From Muribaculaceae bacterium Zag1 (GTDB lineage: Bacteria > Bacteroidota > Bacteroidia > Bacteroidales > Muribaculaceae), in NCBI GenBank assembly GCA_002633115.1, contig NWBJ01000030.1, positions 773-64,772 on the forward strand: 64,000 nt of DNA. The letters run 5' to 3'. The position numbers were made by a program, and so were the translations under genes. This document shows positions 1 through 10,507 of this stretch, one piece after another. Within the stretch, counting starts at the first letter, position 1. Every line of letters starts with the position of its first letter. A model generated the notes under the pieces. The model was not told the DNA's origin, made no database searches, and worked only from the letters and a program-made list of their open reading frames with translations.

Positions 1-57
1 ATGCGCACCACTTACGCTGATGGCACATCCGACGCCCAAGTAATCAACAAGCGCTGA
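1..57 (+). CDS. Probable 3' end of a CDS entering from the left edge (..MRTTYADGTSDAQVINKR*)
   Basis: Open frame from base 1 to TGA at 55-57, followed by a terminator at 89-116. Confidence 0.45.
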   Translation: MRTTYADGTSDAQVINKR

Positions 58-88
58 TTCTCCCACCTCCTCTGATAATACGATAGAG

Positions 89-116
89 AGCTCCCCCGTC
101 TGGGGGAGCTTTTTTT
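89..116 (+). terminator. Intrinsic terminator upstream of guaB
   Basis: Stem AGCTCCCCC/GGGGGAGCT, loop GTCT, followed by a T run. Confidence 0.85.
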
Positions 117-170
117 GTGTAGACAGAAGATTTTTTTTGGATTTTTGGGATAATGAATTGAAAAAATTTG

Positions 171-178
171 TACCTTTG
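171..178 (+). promoter_or_regulatory. Bacteroidetes sigma-A -7 element for guaB
   Basis: TACCTTTG matches TAnnTTTG about 35 nt before the ATG; TTTG near 144-147. Confidence 0.7.
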
Positions 179-188
179 CATGCAATAA

Positions 189-1691
<1,503 letters not shown>

Positions 1692-1726
1692 CACACAATA
1701 TCGCGGCTATTTTCGCGTTATCTCCT

Positions 1727-1770
1727 AAGCGAGGCCCGGCGAGGGGAAACCTCCCACCGTGTCTCGCTTT
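1727..1770 (+). terminator. Hairpin after guaB (possible terminator)
   Basis: AAGCGAGGC/GTCTCGCTT outer stem with an inner GAGG/CCTC stem; short T tail. Confidence 0.45.
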
Positions 1771-1838
1771 GGTATATTCCACATACGCATTTATAATAGG
1801 CCTTGTCACCATTTCACTGTAGTGACCATTACTAATTA

Positions 1839-3797
1839 ATGATGAACAAAAAAGTACTTTCTGCCGCAATCGTCGGCGCTGCCATGATCGCTGTGGCGGG
1901 CAATTCCAAGAAAGACCCCGTGTTGATGACCATCGACAATCGGGATGTACCCCTCAGCGAGTTTAAGTATCTTTACAACAAAAACAATTCGCAGCAACTT
2001 CAGCCCCTCACTTTCGAGCAATACGTCGAGATGTTTGTCGACTACAAACTCAAGGTGGCTGATGCTCTGTCGCAGGGTGTTGACACCACCCAGCAGTTCC
2101 GCCAGGAGTTCAACAAATTTCGCGATGAGCTCGCTGCTCCCTTCCTGCGCGATTCTGCCGAGCAAGAGCGTCTCGTGCTCGAGGCTTACAGCCACCTGGC
2201 CGAAGATGTCTACGTAAGCCACATTATGCTGCCTATGCCCTCGGCTCAGACACCTCACTCCGAGGCTACCCTCGACAGCCTGCGCACACTAATTGTAAAT
2301 GGCGAGGCCAACTTTGAGGATGTGGCTCGCCAGTATTCAATTGATAAGGGTTCGGCCTCAAACGGCGGACGCATGGGCTGGGTTACCGGCAACAGCCGTC
2401 TGCCCTGGCAATTTGAGAATATGGCCTACGCTACCGAGGTTGGCTCAATCTCCCCTATCGTAAATTCGGGCTACGGTCTTCACATCATTCGTCCTGAGAT
2501 GCGCCGCAAAGCCAAAGGCGAAGTCAGCGCTCAGCACATTCTGATCCTCACCAAGGGCAAGACCCCCGAGGAGGCAGAGCTCGCCAAGGCAAAGATCGAT
2601 TCTATATATAAGGTGGTGACTACCCCTGGCGTAGATTTCTCTGATGTGGCTATGCGCGAATCTCAAGACCCCGGTTCGGCTCGCAAAGGCGGCGACCTCG
2701 GTTGGTTTGGCGCAGGCCGTATGGTTGCCGAGTTTGACAGCGTAGCTTTCGCTCTCGCCGACAATGAAATCTCAGCCCCCTTCGCTACTGCCTACGGCTA
2801 TCACATCATCCACAAGACTGGCCATCGCGGCGATGTAGTGCCCCCACTCGAGCAAGTGCGCGAATCAATCGAGAAATCAATCAGTTCTGACTCACGCGCT
2901 CACGCCCCCATCGCTGTCAAGGTCAAGCAATTGGCCCAAGAGAGCGGTTCTGAGGTTAACCCCAATCTGTCAGAACAAGTGGCAGAATACATGAGCCAAA
3001 AGGGTTACGCCGTTTACGACTCTGTAGCCATGGCCGATCTCAAGGCCAGCGACATCGTAGCTTTCCATATCGGCTCTACTCAATACACCATCGGCCAAGC
3101 GCTGCAGAAGCGTCCTATCAAGTCCGGCACCGATGCCGCTACAGCAGCCAAGGTGGCTGGTTCGGCAGCTCAGGCAGCATTCGAGGCTGAAATCCTTGAG
3201 TACGGTCGCGCCCAGCTGATGCTCACCAACCAAGAGTACCGCAATCTGATCAACGAATACCGCGATGGCATCATGCTCTTTGAGGTATCAAACCAGAAGG
3301 TATGGGACCGCGCTGCCAAGGACACCGAGGGATTGGCTGAATACTTCAACGCTAATCGCCAAAACTATACCTGGGAGGCTCCCCGCTACAAGGCTGTGGT
3401 AGTGTTTACCAACAACGACTCGATACTGCAAAAGGCCCAGGCCTTCGCCAAAGAATTTGACGCAGCCAAGGGCGCTAATGCCGAGGCTTTCACATCCGAC
3501 ATCAAGAAGCGTTTTGGCAAGGATGTCAAGGTCGAGCGCGTGATTGCCGCCCAAGGCGAAAATGCCATCACCGATTACCTAGGATTCGGCCAACCCAAGC
3601 CTGAGCCACAAGGACAGCGCTGGAGCCGTTACTTCGCCTACGGTGCCAAAGTGATTGACGCTCCCGAGGAGGCTGCCGATGTCAAGGGGTTGGTTATCAC
3701 CGACTACCAGAACCAGCTCGAGCGCGAATGGGTTGACTCATTGCGCCGCACCCACACTGTCAAGATCAACAAAAAAGTGCTCAAGCAAGCCAAATGA
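1839..3797 (+). CDS. Parvulin-type peptidyl-prolyl isomerase (two PpiC domains, SurA/PpiD-like), secreted
   Basis: N-terminal signal; two rotamase motifs (SHIML..SIDKGSASNGGRMGW; QHILI..SQDPGSARKGGDLGW..YGYHII). Confidence 0.85.
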   Translation: MMNKKVLSAAIVGAAMIAVAGNSKKDPVLMTIDNRDVPLSEFKYLYNKNNSQQLQPLTFEQYVEMFVDYKLKVADALSQGVDTTQQFRQEFNKFRDELAAPFLRDSAEQERLVLEAYSHLAEDVYVSHIMLPMPSAQTPHSEATLDSLRTLIVNGEANFEDVARQYSIDKGSASNGGRMGWVTGNSRLPWQFENMAYATEVGSISPIVNSGYGLHIIRPEMRRKAKGEVSAQHILILTKGKTPEEAELAKAKIDSIYKVVTTPGVDFSDVAMRESQDPGSARKGGDLGWFGAGRMVAEFDSVAFALADNEISAPFATAYGYHIIHKTGHRGDVVPPLEQVRESIEKSISSDSRAHAPIAVKVKQLAQESGSEVNPNLSEQVAEYMSQKGYAVYDSVAMADLKASDIVAFHIGSTQYTIGQALQKRPIKSGTDAATAAKVAGSAAQAAFEAEILEYGRAQLMLTNQEYRNLINEYRDGIMLFEVSNQKVWDRAAKDTEGLAEYFNANRQNYTWEAPRYKAVVVFTNNDSILQKAQAFAKEFDAAKGANAEAFTSDIKKRFGKDVKVERVIAAQGENAITDYLGFGQPKPEPQGQRWSRYFAYGAKVIDAPEEAADVKGLVITDYQNQLEREWVDSLRRTHTVKINKKVLKQAK

Positions 3798-4720
3798 TGT
3801 CACGACTGCTTACACTTATCCCCCATAGAGAGGCATGGCATTGCTGCCATGCCTCTATCGCTTTTGTGTTGTCGGTGGTGCTGGCGATGGGCATGGCCGC
3901 TTGTTCCAACAAGGATAAAAATCCAGTGCCGGAAGATGCCATAGTGTCAATCGGCAACAAATATCTCACCTTGACCGACATCAAGCGTCAATTGCCCGGC
4001 GGACTTACGGCTGAGGACAGCGCACGATTTACCGATGCGCTTATCAATTCTTGGATTTATACCCAACTGATATCGCAAGTAGCAGCTAAGGAGATTGATA
4101 TGGATGCCATCAACAGCCTGGTCGACCAGTATCGCAACGAACTCATAATGCTCGAGTATTCGCGCCGCATGTTTGACACTCGCGGCAAAAGCGAAATCCC
4201 TGAGGATTCGATTCAGAAATATTATGACGAGCACTCTCAGGAGTTCAAGCTTGAGCGTCCGATGGTCAAAGGAGTGTATCTCAAGGTGGCTGACGATGCG
4301 CCATCGCTGCCAAAACTCCGCAAGCTCTATCGTTCGCAAAAAGAGAATGATATTGATAATCTCGACAAGAGCGAACTCAATGGAGCCGTGCATTACGATT
4401 ATTTCCGCGATCAGTGGATTGACTGGGAGCAGATTGAGAATAAGATACCTTATGACTTTGGCGCCAACCCCGATGTATTCCTGCGTTCTAATCGAGGATT
4501 AGATTACTCGCATGGCGGATTCACCTATCTGCTCGACATCACCGACGTAGTATTCTCGGGCCAGACACGCCCATTTGAGAGCGCCAGGCAGCAAATCATT
4601 GACAGGTTGGAGTTTTACAACCGCCGCTCCTACGATGAGGCATTGCGCCAGTCACTGTTTGACAAAGCGGAATCGCAAGGCAAAATCCGTTTCTACCGCG
4701 ACACCCCCACCACCGATTGA
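3794..4720 (+). CDS. PPIase/SurA-associated lipoprotein
   Basis: Lipobox-like MGMAAC; ATGA overlap with the previous gene; SurA-N-like helical region. Confidence 0.65.
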   Translation: MMSRLLTLIPHREAWHCCHASIAFVLSVVLAMGMAACSNKDKNPVPEDAIVSIGNKYLTLTDIKRQLPGGLTAEDSARFTDALINSWIYTQLISQVAAKEIDMDAINSLVDQYRNELIMLEYSRRMFDTRGKSEIPEDSIQKYYDEHSQEFKLERPMVKGVYLKVADDAPSLPKLRKLYRSQKENDIDNLDKSELNGAVHYDYFRDQWIDWEQIENKIPYDFGANPDVFLRSNRGLDYSHGGFTYLLDITDVVFSGQTRPFESARQQIIDRLEFYNRRSYDEALRQSLFDKAESQGKIRFYRDTPTTD

Positions 4721-4764
4721 TAGAAAACCAAGGAATCATATTTATAAAACCGAAATTATATTAT

Positions 4765-4787
4765 AAAACCACGGATTGCACGGATTA
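4765..4787. repeat. Half copy of the 22342-22428 palindromic element
   Basis: AAAACCACGGATTGCACGGATTA, 22/23 identical to the left arm at 22342. Confidence 0.8.
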
Positions 4788-4790
4788 ACT

Positions 4791-4867
4791 CATAACTCAC
4801 TACCCATAACTCTCAACTCACAACTCATAATTCATAACTCATAACTCATAACTCATAACTCAAAACT
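4791..4867. repeat. Heptamer tandem array (CATAACT)n, about 11 units
   Basis: Four perfect units at 4833-4860 plus degenerate units keeping 7-bp phase; ends 3 nt before the ATG at 4871. Confidence 0.9.
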
Positions 4868-4870
4868 ATC

Positions 4871-5164
4871 ATGGTAAAGCACATTGTAATGTTTAAGCTC
4901 AAGGGCACACCCGAAGAGCGCAACCGAGTGGCCAACGCCTTCAAGGATGCTCTGATGGAGCTCCCCGGCCAAATTCCCTGCCTCGAGTCGATGGAGGTAG
5001 GCATCAACCAGAATCCAGCCGAAGACTGGGATGTGGTCCTTACTGCCACTGTACCCACGATGGCTGACGTAGAAATCTATGCAAAGCATCCGGCTCACGT
5101 TGCCGCTGCCGGATTGCTCAAAGACGCCAAAGAGGCTCGCGCCTGCGTCGACTATGAAATCTAA
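4871..5164 (+). CDS. Dabb (stress-responsive A/B barrel) protein
   Basis: MVKHIVMFKL..IPCLESMEVG..WDVVL..YAKHPAH..VDYE pattern. Confidence 0.85.
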   Translation: MVKHIVMFKLKGTPEERNRVANAFKDALMELPGQIPCLESMEVGINQNPAEDWDVVLTATVPTMADVEIYAKHPAHVAAAGLLKDAKEARACVDYEI

Positions 5165-5195
5165 TGAAAAAATGAAAAATATCAGCGAGGTATTT

Positions 5196-5237
5196 TTCAT
5201 TTTTCATTCTTCATTTTTCATTCTTCATTTTTCATTC
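5196..5237. repeat. Heptamer array TTCATTT/TTCATTC x6, with inverted partial copy at 5164-5181
   Basis: Six alternating units counted directly; contains the nitroreductase stop codon. Confidence 0.9.
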
Positions 5238-5981
5238 AAAGGGCCATTGCTCTTTTAGGAAATCCCTGAGCACCTCAGAAAAAGCCTCGTTGGCGCTGCG
5301 TGTATATCGCACATCGGTAAACACCTGAGCCAAGGTGGCTTTTCCGTTTTCTGTAACAAACTGATGGCTGTCATCGCGCGCCTCCTTCTCAGCATACAGG
5401 CGGTCGATATCCTCAGGAGTATAGTCCTTATATTTCTCCACATGCATTACAGCCTCGATGGGCAGGCGTCCGCAATCTTGTCCCTCATCGGCTGGATAGC
5501 CCAATGAGAGGGTTGCGATGGGTACCACACGTTTGGGCAGCTCAAGAGCCTTGGCAATGTCAGGCGCATTGTATGTGGTAGTGCCGAGATAGCAGGTGCC
5601 GATGCCACGCTGCTCTGCTGCTGTCACTATTTGCTGCGCAAAGATTGTAGCATCTAGCGTTGCAGTGAGCAGCGATTGCAGATTGTCATACCCCGGCTTG
5701 GCCTGGCGCTGTTCGCACCATTTCACAAAGCGATTGTAGTCGGCGCAAACCGTGAGCAGTACGTCGCACCCCTCAACCTGGGGTTGACCGAAATGCGCTG
5801 GCGCGAGTTTCTTTTTCATCTCCGGGTCGCGTGTCACCACCACGCTATAAAGTTGCATATTGCCGGTGGTAGGCGCATGCGACGCGTCTTCAATAATCGC
5901 ATTGAGTGTGTCAGCGCTTATGGGCTGATCGGTGTAGCGGCGGATGGTGCGCCGCTTTGATAGGTCGTTGGTCTGATTCAT
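5232..5981 (-). CDS. Nitroreductase / NADPH-flavin oxidoreductase (NfsA/NfrA-like)
   Basis: RRTIRRY, APTTGNMQLYSVVV, GIGTCYLG, LSLGYP motifs. Confidence 0.88.
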   Translation of the reverse strand: MNQTNDLSKRRTIRRYTDQPISADTLNAIIEDASHAPTTGNMQLYSVVVTRDPEMKKKLAPAHFGQPQVEGCDVLLTVCADYNRFVKWCEQRQAKPGYDNLQSLLTATLDATIFAQQIVTAAEQRGIGTCYLGTTTYNAPDIAKALELPKRVVPIATLSLGYPADEGQDCGRLPIEAVMHVEKYKDYTPEDIDRLYAEKEARDDSHQFVTENGKATLAQVFTDVRYTRSANEAFSEVLRDFLKEQWPFE

Positions 5982-5983
5982 GG

Positions 5984-8900
5984 CTATTCTGTTTTAGTGC
6001 TGTCGGCGGGTGCAGTTTCTTTCTTCTTCCGCTTGAGGAATCCGAGTATGTCGTCAAAGTCTCGCCTTATGATTACGCCCACGCCCTGGGTGGTCTGGGC
6101 TGTGCGCAGGTAATAATTCTGGTCGTTGTATCGGTTGTAGGCTTTAAGTCTCCACTTACCGCCTCTGTCAAGCAGATACTCGATGTCAAAGTCGCCTACA
6201 AACTGGTTGGTGTTGAGCGACTTGTCGCGATATCCAAAGTTGCCGTTGAATAGCAGCCTATTGTTGAGCAGGCTTGACGACAGGGCTACATCGACCTCAA
6301 CATCTGAGAAGTCGCCCTTGTCGCTGCGCAGGTTTGGCGCGATGCTCCAGTTGTCGCTCAGCTTGCCCAGCATGCTCGAGAGCTGACTGGCGATGGTCGA
6401 TGACGCTACTGAGAATAGCTCGTTGCCCTTGGTGGTCGATGCCATATAGTCGGGCGTGTAGAATCGGTTGAGCGCCAACAGATAGATGATTTGTCGATTC
6501 ATCATATCCTCGGTCGAGACAATCGACTTGACCTTGCGATAAGTGTCCTGGGTCAACGTTGGGAATTCGAGGTCAAATGTAATGTCGGGTTGCTGCATAT
6601 TGCCATTGACCATCAGCACAGCATAGACTGGCACATTGGTGCGGTTTAGGTCTTTGTCTGACAGGAAGGATTCGTCGAGGTCTGACAGGTTAGCATTGGT
6701 AGCATAGATTGCATCGATGTTAAGCACGGCCGCATAGGGGTCGCCGGTAAATGTAATGCTGCTGCCTTGGCGAATCTTAAAGTCCTTGATGATGATGTCC
6801 TGCAGGGTGAAATTATAATCGCCGCGCTCCAGTGTATAGCTGCCGAGCATCATCAGCTCCTCGTCGACCGAACCGTAAGTCAACCTGAGCAGTCCCTGGC
6901 CGTAGGCGCGTATGGCATCGCCACCGATGGGATCCATCACAATATTGACTTGAGCCGAGGGGGTAATGTCGACCGTGATATCGAGGTTGAAAGCTGTCGG
7001 CTCATCCTCTTCTTCATGGTTTTGTAGGCTCTTGGCCTTATGCTCAGCATTAGATTCTGATTTGAAGTCTATGAATTCATCCTCGATTATTACGGGCGTT
7101 GCGTCGTTGAATACTATGAACGAATATTCTGCCGCCTCCTCGGTATCCAATAGTTCGAATGTAAAGGTGGAATTGTCGGCCGTCTGCATATTCACCGTGA
7201 TGGTGACCACCCCGGGTTCGCCCTTCACAAAAGCCGAGCCGTTGCCAAAGATTGTGCCATACCAGCGCGGATTGTCTTCTTTCTTGATATCATAGCTCAA
7301 GAAATTGCGAGCATCGGTGATGGCGAAATCAAAGGTCGGCTGTTTGAAATATTTATGGTGCACCACGCCGTTGAGTTTGGCTGTATTGCCATACCTATCA
7401 TAGATTGTGATATTATCCAAGTTGATGGCACCAGGGGTAATCTTCAATGGGGTTGAGGTCGAATACCAGGTGTTGGTAAAATCAATCTTTAGCCTCACGG
7501 TGTCGGCCATGATGTCGCCCTCCATATCGATATATTTGAAGTCGCCAAACAGATGGGCCTTCCCCGTAGCGTAGCCCTCGATGTCGCTGCAGAAGGCGTC
7601 CATAAATGGCTTGAGAAATCCAATCTTGACATGGTCGGCATCAAAATAGAAATCCAATTCCTCGGTAGCTGGAGTGATGCTGCCAGCGATATGCGACTTG
7701 TTGCCCATATCTCCTATGATGTCGGCCACAAATGTCACCGACTGAGTCTCATTGTCAAATCCAATCTCCAGGTCTGCATTGCCGAGCACGCAGCCATTGT
7801 AACCTATGCCCTCGACATGGAATCCCTGGCTCTGGATATGAGGTGCTCCGCTGAATAGCTGCGAGGCGAAAATTGTGCCGGTCGCGCTGCCGCAAATCAA
7901 TGCCTTGTCAATCTCGAGTGTCTCAAAGATATCAATCAGGGTGATGCGCTTCAAGTCGACTCTCAGTACATCTGCTGGGTCTTCGCTGGCTTTGCCATTG
8001 ATGCTCACGCTCTGGGTCGGGGCTTTGAGTGAGAAATCCTTAACCTCGAGACGCTTGTCGGAATATACTATTTCTGATGGCTGGATATCCCACACCTCTT
8101 CGCCAAAAGTAATCTCGCCGGGCTCAAATTCTACTGTCACCTCCACTGGGCTGTCTTGAGCCAAACGCTTGAGGTAGATGTCAAAGGCCAAGCGCCCGTT
8201 GATGGGAATGTCTCTGATAATTTCCCAGTCGATTCCTGTGAGCAAGAGTCCATCTGAGGCATCGACATTGGCGAGCAGATTCATTGGCCCCTTTTTGGTG
8301 GGCATAAGGGTTGTGAGATAGAGTTTGCCGTTGCGCTCGTTGCCGTCAAGCCGAGCCACAACATAAGTGGTCTCTATAACCTTGTCGCCTTGCAGCAGCC
8401 AGTCGGCATCGACATTGAGGGTAATGATTTTTTTCTTATCGCTCAGTGCGCCGGTGATGCTCACAGGGTCGAGTATCGACACTGGCAATTTGAAGAATTG
8501 GCAGGGATTCTCGGCATCAGAGATGGTCAGGTCGTACGAGAAATTGTTGCCCATGGCTGTGGCGTGTCCTTTTGGTTCGCCCAACAGGCTTGGGAACACA
8601 TCTCGCAAAATCTCCTGTACCGACTGGCCCATGGTGGTGAAATCGAATTCGCCATCTAAACTGCCATTGATGTAATCCGACGATATGGATATAGTGCCGA
8701 AATTATCCATATTGTTGGCATCTATGCTCATGCGGCGCATCTTCAGGCCCGACTGCTTGGCATCAACATATCTCAGGTCGTTGATTTGGAGACCAGCCTT
8801 CATTTCCTTGGGGTTGTACCCCTCGCCATAGACATTGAGTTGAGTCGATAAGATATGCCCAGGATAAGATTTGTACAGGTTGAGGGTGTCAAGATTTACG

Positions 8901-10507
8901 CTGCCTATATCGCCGCGCAGCGCTCCCCAGGCATACCCCGATGATGAGCGCGCCAAGCGAGTCGACAGCGAGAGCGTGGCATTGGGGTCGGCTATGGCCA
9001 AATTGCCCGAATATAATGAATCACCAATTTCGGCCATTGCGCTTATGTCGTGGTACTGATATCCCTTGAATGTGAAATCTGAAATCTGAGCCTCGGCGTT
9101 GCCGATAAATGCCGACTTGCCTCCCACCTTTGTCAATGAGCCATCAGCATTGACTGTGCCCGACACTCGGCCCAATTCCTGGTTGTGCAGCAGGTCTCCC
9201 AGGTCAAAATCAGAAATCTCTACCTCGACATCGCCCATGGCTCCGTCAAGCAATTTTTCGACTTCGCCCCAAATTGACACAGTGCCCAATAAAGAGTGAT
9301 ACTCGATTGTGGCTTCACCTCCATTCATATCCCCGGCTCCGTTGATTGACACCCGGGTGTGACCGCCAAGGGTCAATGCTCGTCGTGCCTCAGCGGGCCA
9401 TTGCCTCATTTTCAATAGTTCCTCGGCTCGGCCTGTAATAGTGCCGGCTTGCTCTATAGCAAGGCTTAGGTCTTCAGCTCTCGCCTCTTTTATATTAGGT
9501 AAGCCCTTAATCAGTCCGGTCAAGCTGACGGTGGCCCCGATAGCTTCGCAGCCTAATTCCAAGTCATGTATGGCCAAGCTATCAAGCAGTCCTTGGGCTT
9601 GAAGCGCGATTTTGCAATCGAGGTTCCATCTACCCAACTCGGGGCAAAAGGCCTGCAGGTCGGGCGGAAACACATGGCTGCCGTTTTCGATTCCCAGTAT
9701 CACCTCTTGCTCCACTCCCAGCTTGCCGAGCGACGCGAGGCCATCAATGGGATAGTCCATATCCTCAAATTTCACCAAGCTATTGGGCAAGGCCACCAAT
9801 GCTGATTGCAATCGAGCTTCGTGCTCTGTCACAATCAGCCGCGCTTGCATATTTGACAATTGAAATCCGCATTGCTCTTTGAAGCTGAGATGCCTTATGC
9901 GAGCCTGGAATTCTGAATTGGAAAGCATCGGAGCGAAGACCTGTAGATTCAGGTCGGTGACATTGATGTGCGCCGGGTTGAATCGTCCAGGCGTGGTGGG
10001 TTGTCCCCATTTGTTGAATCGGGCCTGGCCATCTACAATCTCAAAACTGTTGAGACGCAGTTGGAAATTTGATTGATTAGGATTCTTCTCCTTCTTCTGG
10101 AATCGCTGTATTATAGGAGTGATGTTGAGGGTCGAGTCACCGTCTTTTTGATATATGTTGGCTCTCAGACCCTCGATCACGGCATAGTCGACAATGAATT
10201 TCTGGCTGACAATCAGATCGGCGAGTTCAATTCTTAAATAGAGTTTCTTGATCTCCAAAGCCATCGAATCGTTCTCGTCCATCACATTCACGCGCTCGAG
10301 ATTCAAGCGATTGAATGGCGAGAATGACACCTCTCCGATTTCGACCGGGGTGCCGAGCAGACGCGTCAAGGCATCCTGCCCCACGGCCCTCATGCGCTTT
10401 TGCGCCCACGGGGTCGAGAGCATGACATAGCTGACTGCGGGTACACCCACAGCCAGCACTAAGATAGCCACAAGCAGAGCTCGGAATATTTTTATAGCCG
10501 TTTTCAA
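5984..10507 (-). CDS. tamB: Translocation/assembly module TamB-family protein
   Basis: 1507 aa; N-terminal TM anchor, beta-taco repeats, DUF490-like C-terminus (LLNNRLLFNGNFGY); TTG start overlaps the upstream TGA. Confidence 0.85.
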   Translation of the reverse strand: MKTAIKIFRALLVAILVLAVGVPAVSYVMLSTPWAQKRMRAVGQDALTRLLGTPVEIGEVSFSPFNRLNLERVNVMDENDSMALEIKKLYLRIELADLIVSQKFIVDYAVIEGLRANIYQKDGDSTLNITPIIQRFQKKEKNPNQSNFQLRLNSFEIVDGQARFNKWGQPTTPGRFNPAHINVTDLNLQVFAPMLSNSEFQARIRHLSFKEQCGFQLSNMQARLIVTEHEARLQSALVALPNSLVKFEDMDYPIDGLASLGKLGVEQEVILGIENGSHVFPPDLQAFCPELGRWNLDCKIALQAQGLLDSLAIHDLELGCEAIGATVSLTGLIKGLPNIKEARAEDLSLAIEQAGTITGRAEELLKMRQWPAEARRALTLGGHTRVSINGAGDMNGGEATIEYHSLLGTVSIWGEVEKLLDGAMGDVEVEISDFDLGDLLHNQELGRVSGTVNADGSLTKVGGKSAFIGNAEAQISDFTFKGYQYHDISAMAEIGDSLYSGNLAIADPNATLSLSTRLARSSSGYAWGALRGDIGSVNLDTLNLYKSYPGHILSTQLNVYGEGYNPKEMKAGLQINDLRYVDAKQSGLKMRRMSIDANNMDNFGTISISSDYINGSLDGEFDFTTMGQSVQEILRDVFPSLLGEPKGHATAMGNNFSYDLTISDAENPCQFFKLPVSILDPVSITGALSDKKKIITLNVDADWLLQGDKVIETTYVVARLDGNERNGKLYLTTLMPTKKGPMNLLANVDASDGLLLTGIDWEIIRDIPINGRLAFDIYLKRLAQDSPVEVTVEFEPGEITFGEEVWDIQPSEIVYSDKRLEVKDFSLKAPTQSVSINGKASEDPADVLRVDLKRITLIDIFETLEIDKALICGSATGTIFASQLFSGAPHIQSQGFHVEGIGYNGCVLGNADLEIGFDNETQSVTFVADIIGDMGNKSHIAGSITPATEELDFYFDADHVKIGFLKPFMDAFCSDIEGYATGKAHLFGDFKYIDMEGDIMADTVRLKIDFTNTWYSTSTPLKITPGAINLDNITIYDRYGNTAKLNGVVHHKYFKQPTFDFAITDARNFLSYDIKKEDNPRWYGTIFGNGSAFVKGEPGVVTITVNMQTADNSTFTFELLDTEEAAEYSFIVFNDATPVIIEDEFIDFKSESNAEHKAKSLQNHEEEDEPTAFNLDITVDITPSAQVNIVMDPIGGDAIRAYGQGLLRLTYGSVDEELMMLGSYTLERGDYNFTLQDIIIKDFKIRQGSSITFTGDPYAAVLNIDAIYATNANLSDLDESFLSDKDLNRTNVPVYAVLMVNGNMQQPDITFDLEFPTLTQDTYRKVKSIVSTEDMMNRQIIYLLALNRFYTPDYMASTTKGNELFSVASSTIASQLSSMLGKLSDNWSIAPNLRSDKGDFSDVEVDVALSSSLLNNRLLFNGNFGYRDKSLNTNQFVGDFDIEYLLDRGGKWRLKAYNRYNDQNYYLRTAQTTQGVGVIIRRDFDDILGFLKRKKKETAPADSTKTE

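Noticed and set aside
4853-5200. Minus-strand 115-aa ORF over the Dabb gene
   Set aside because: Antisense shadow that runs through repeat arrays; no motif
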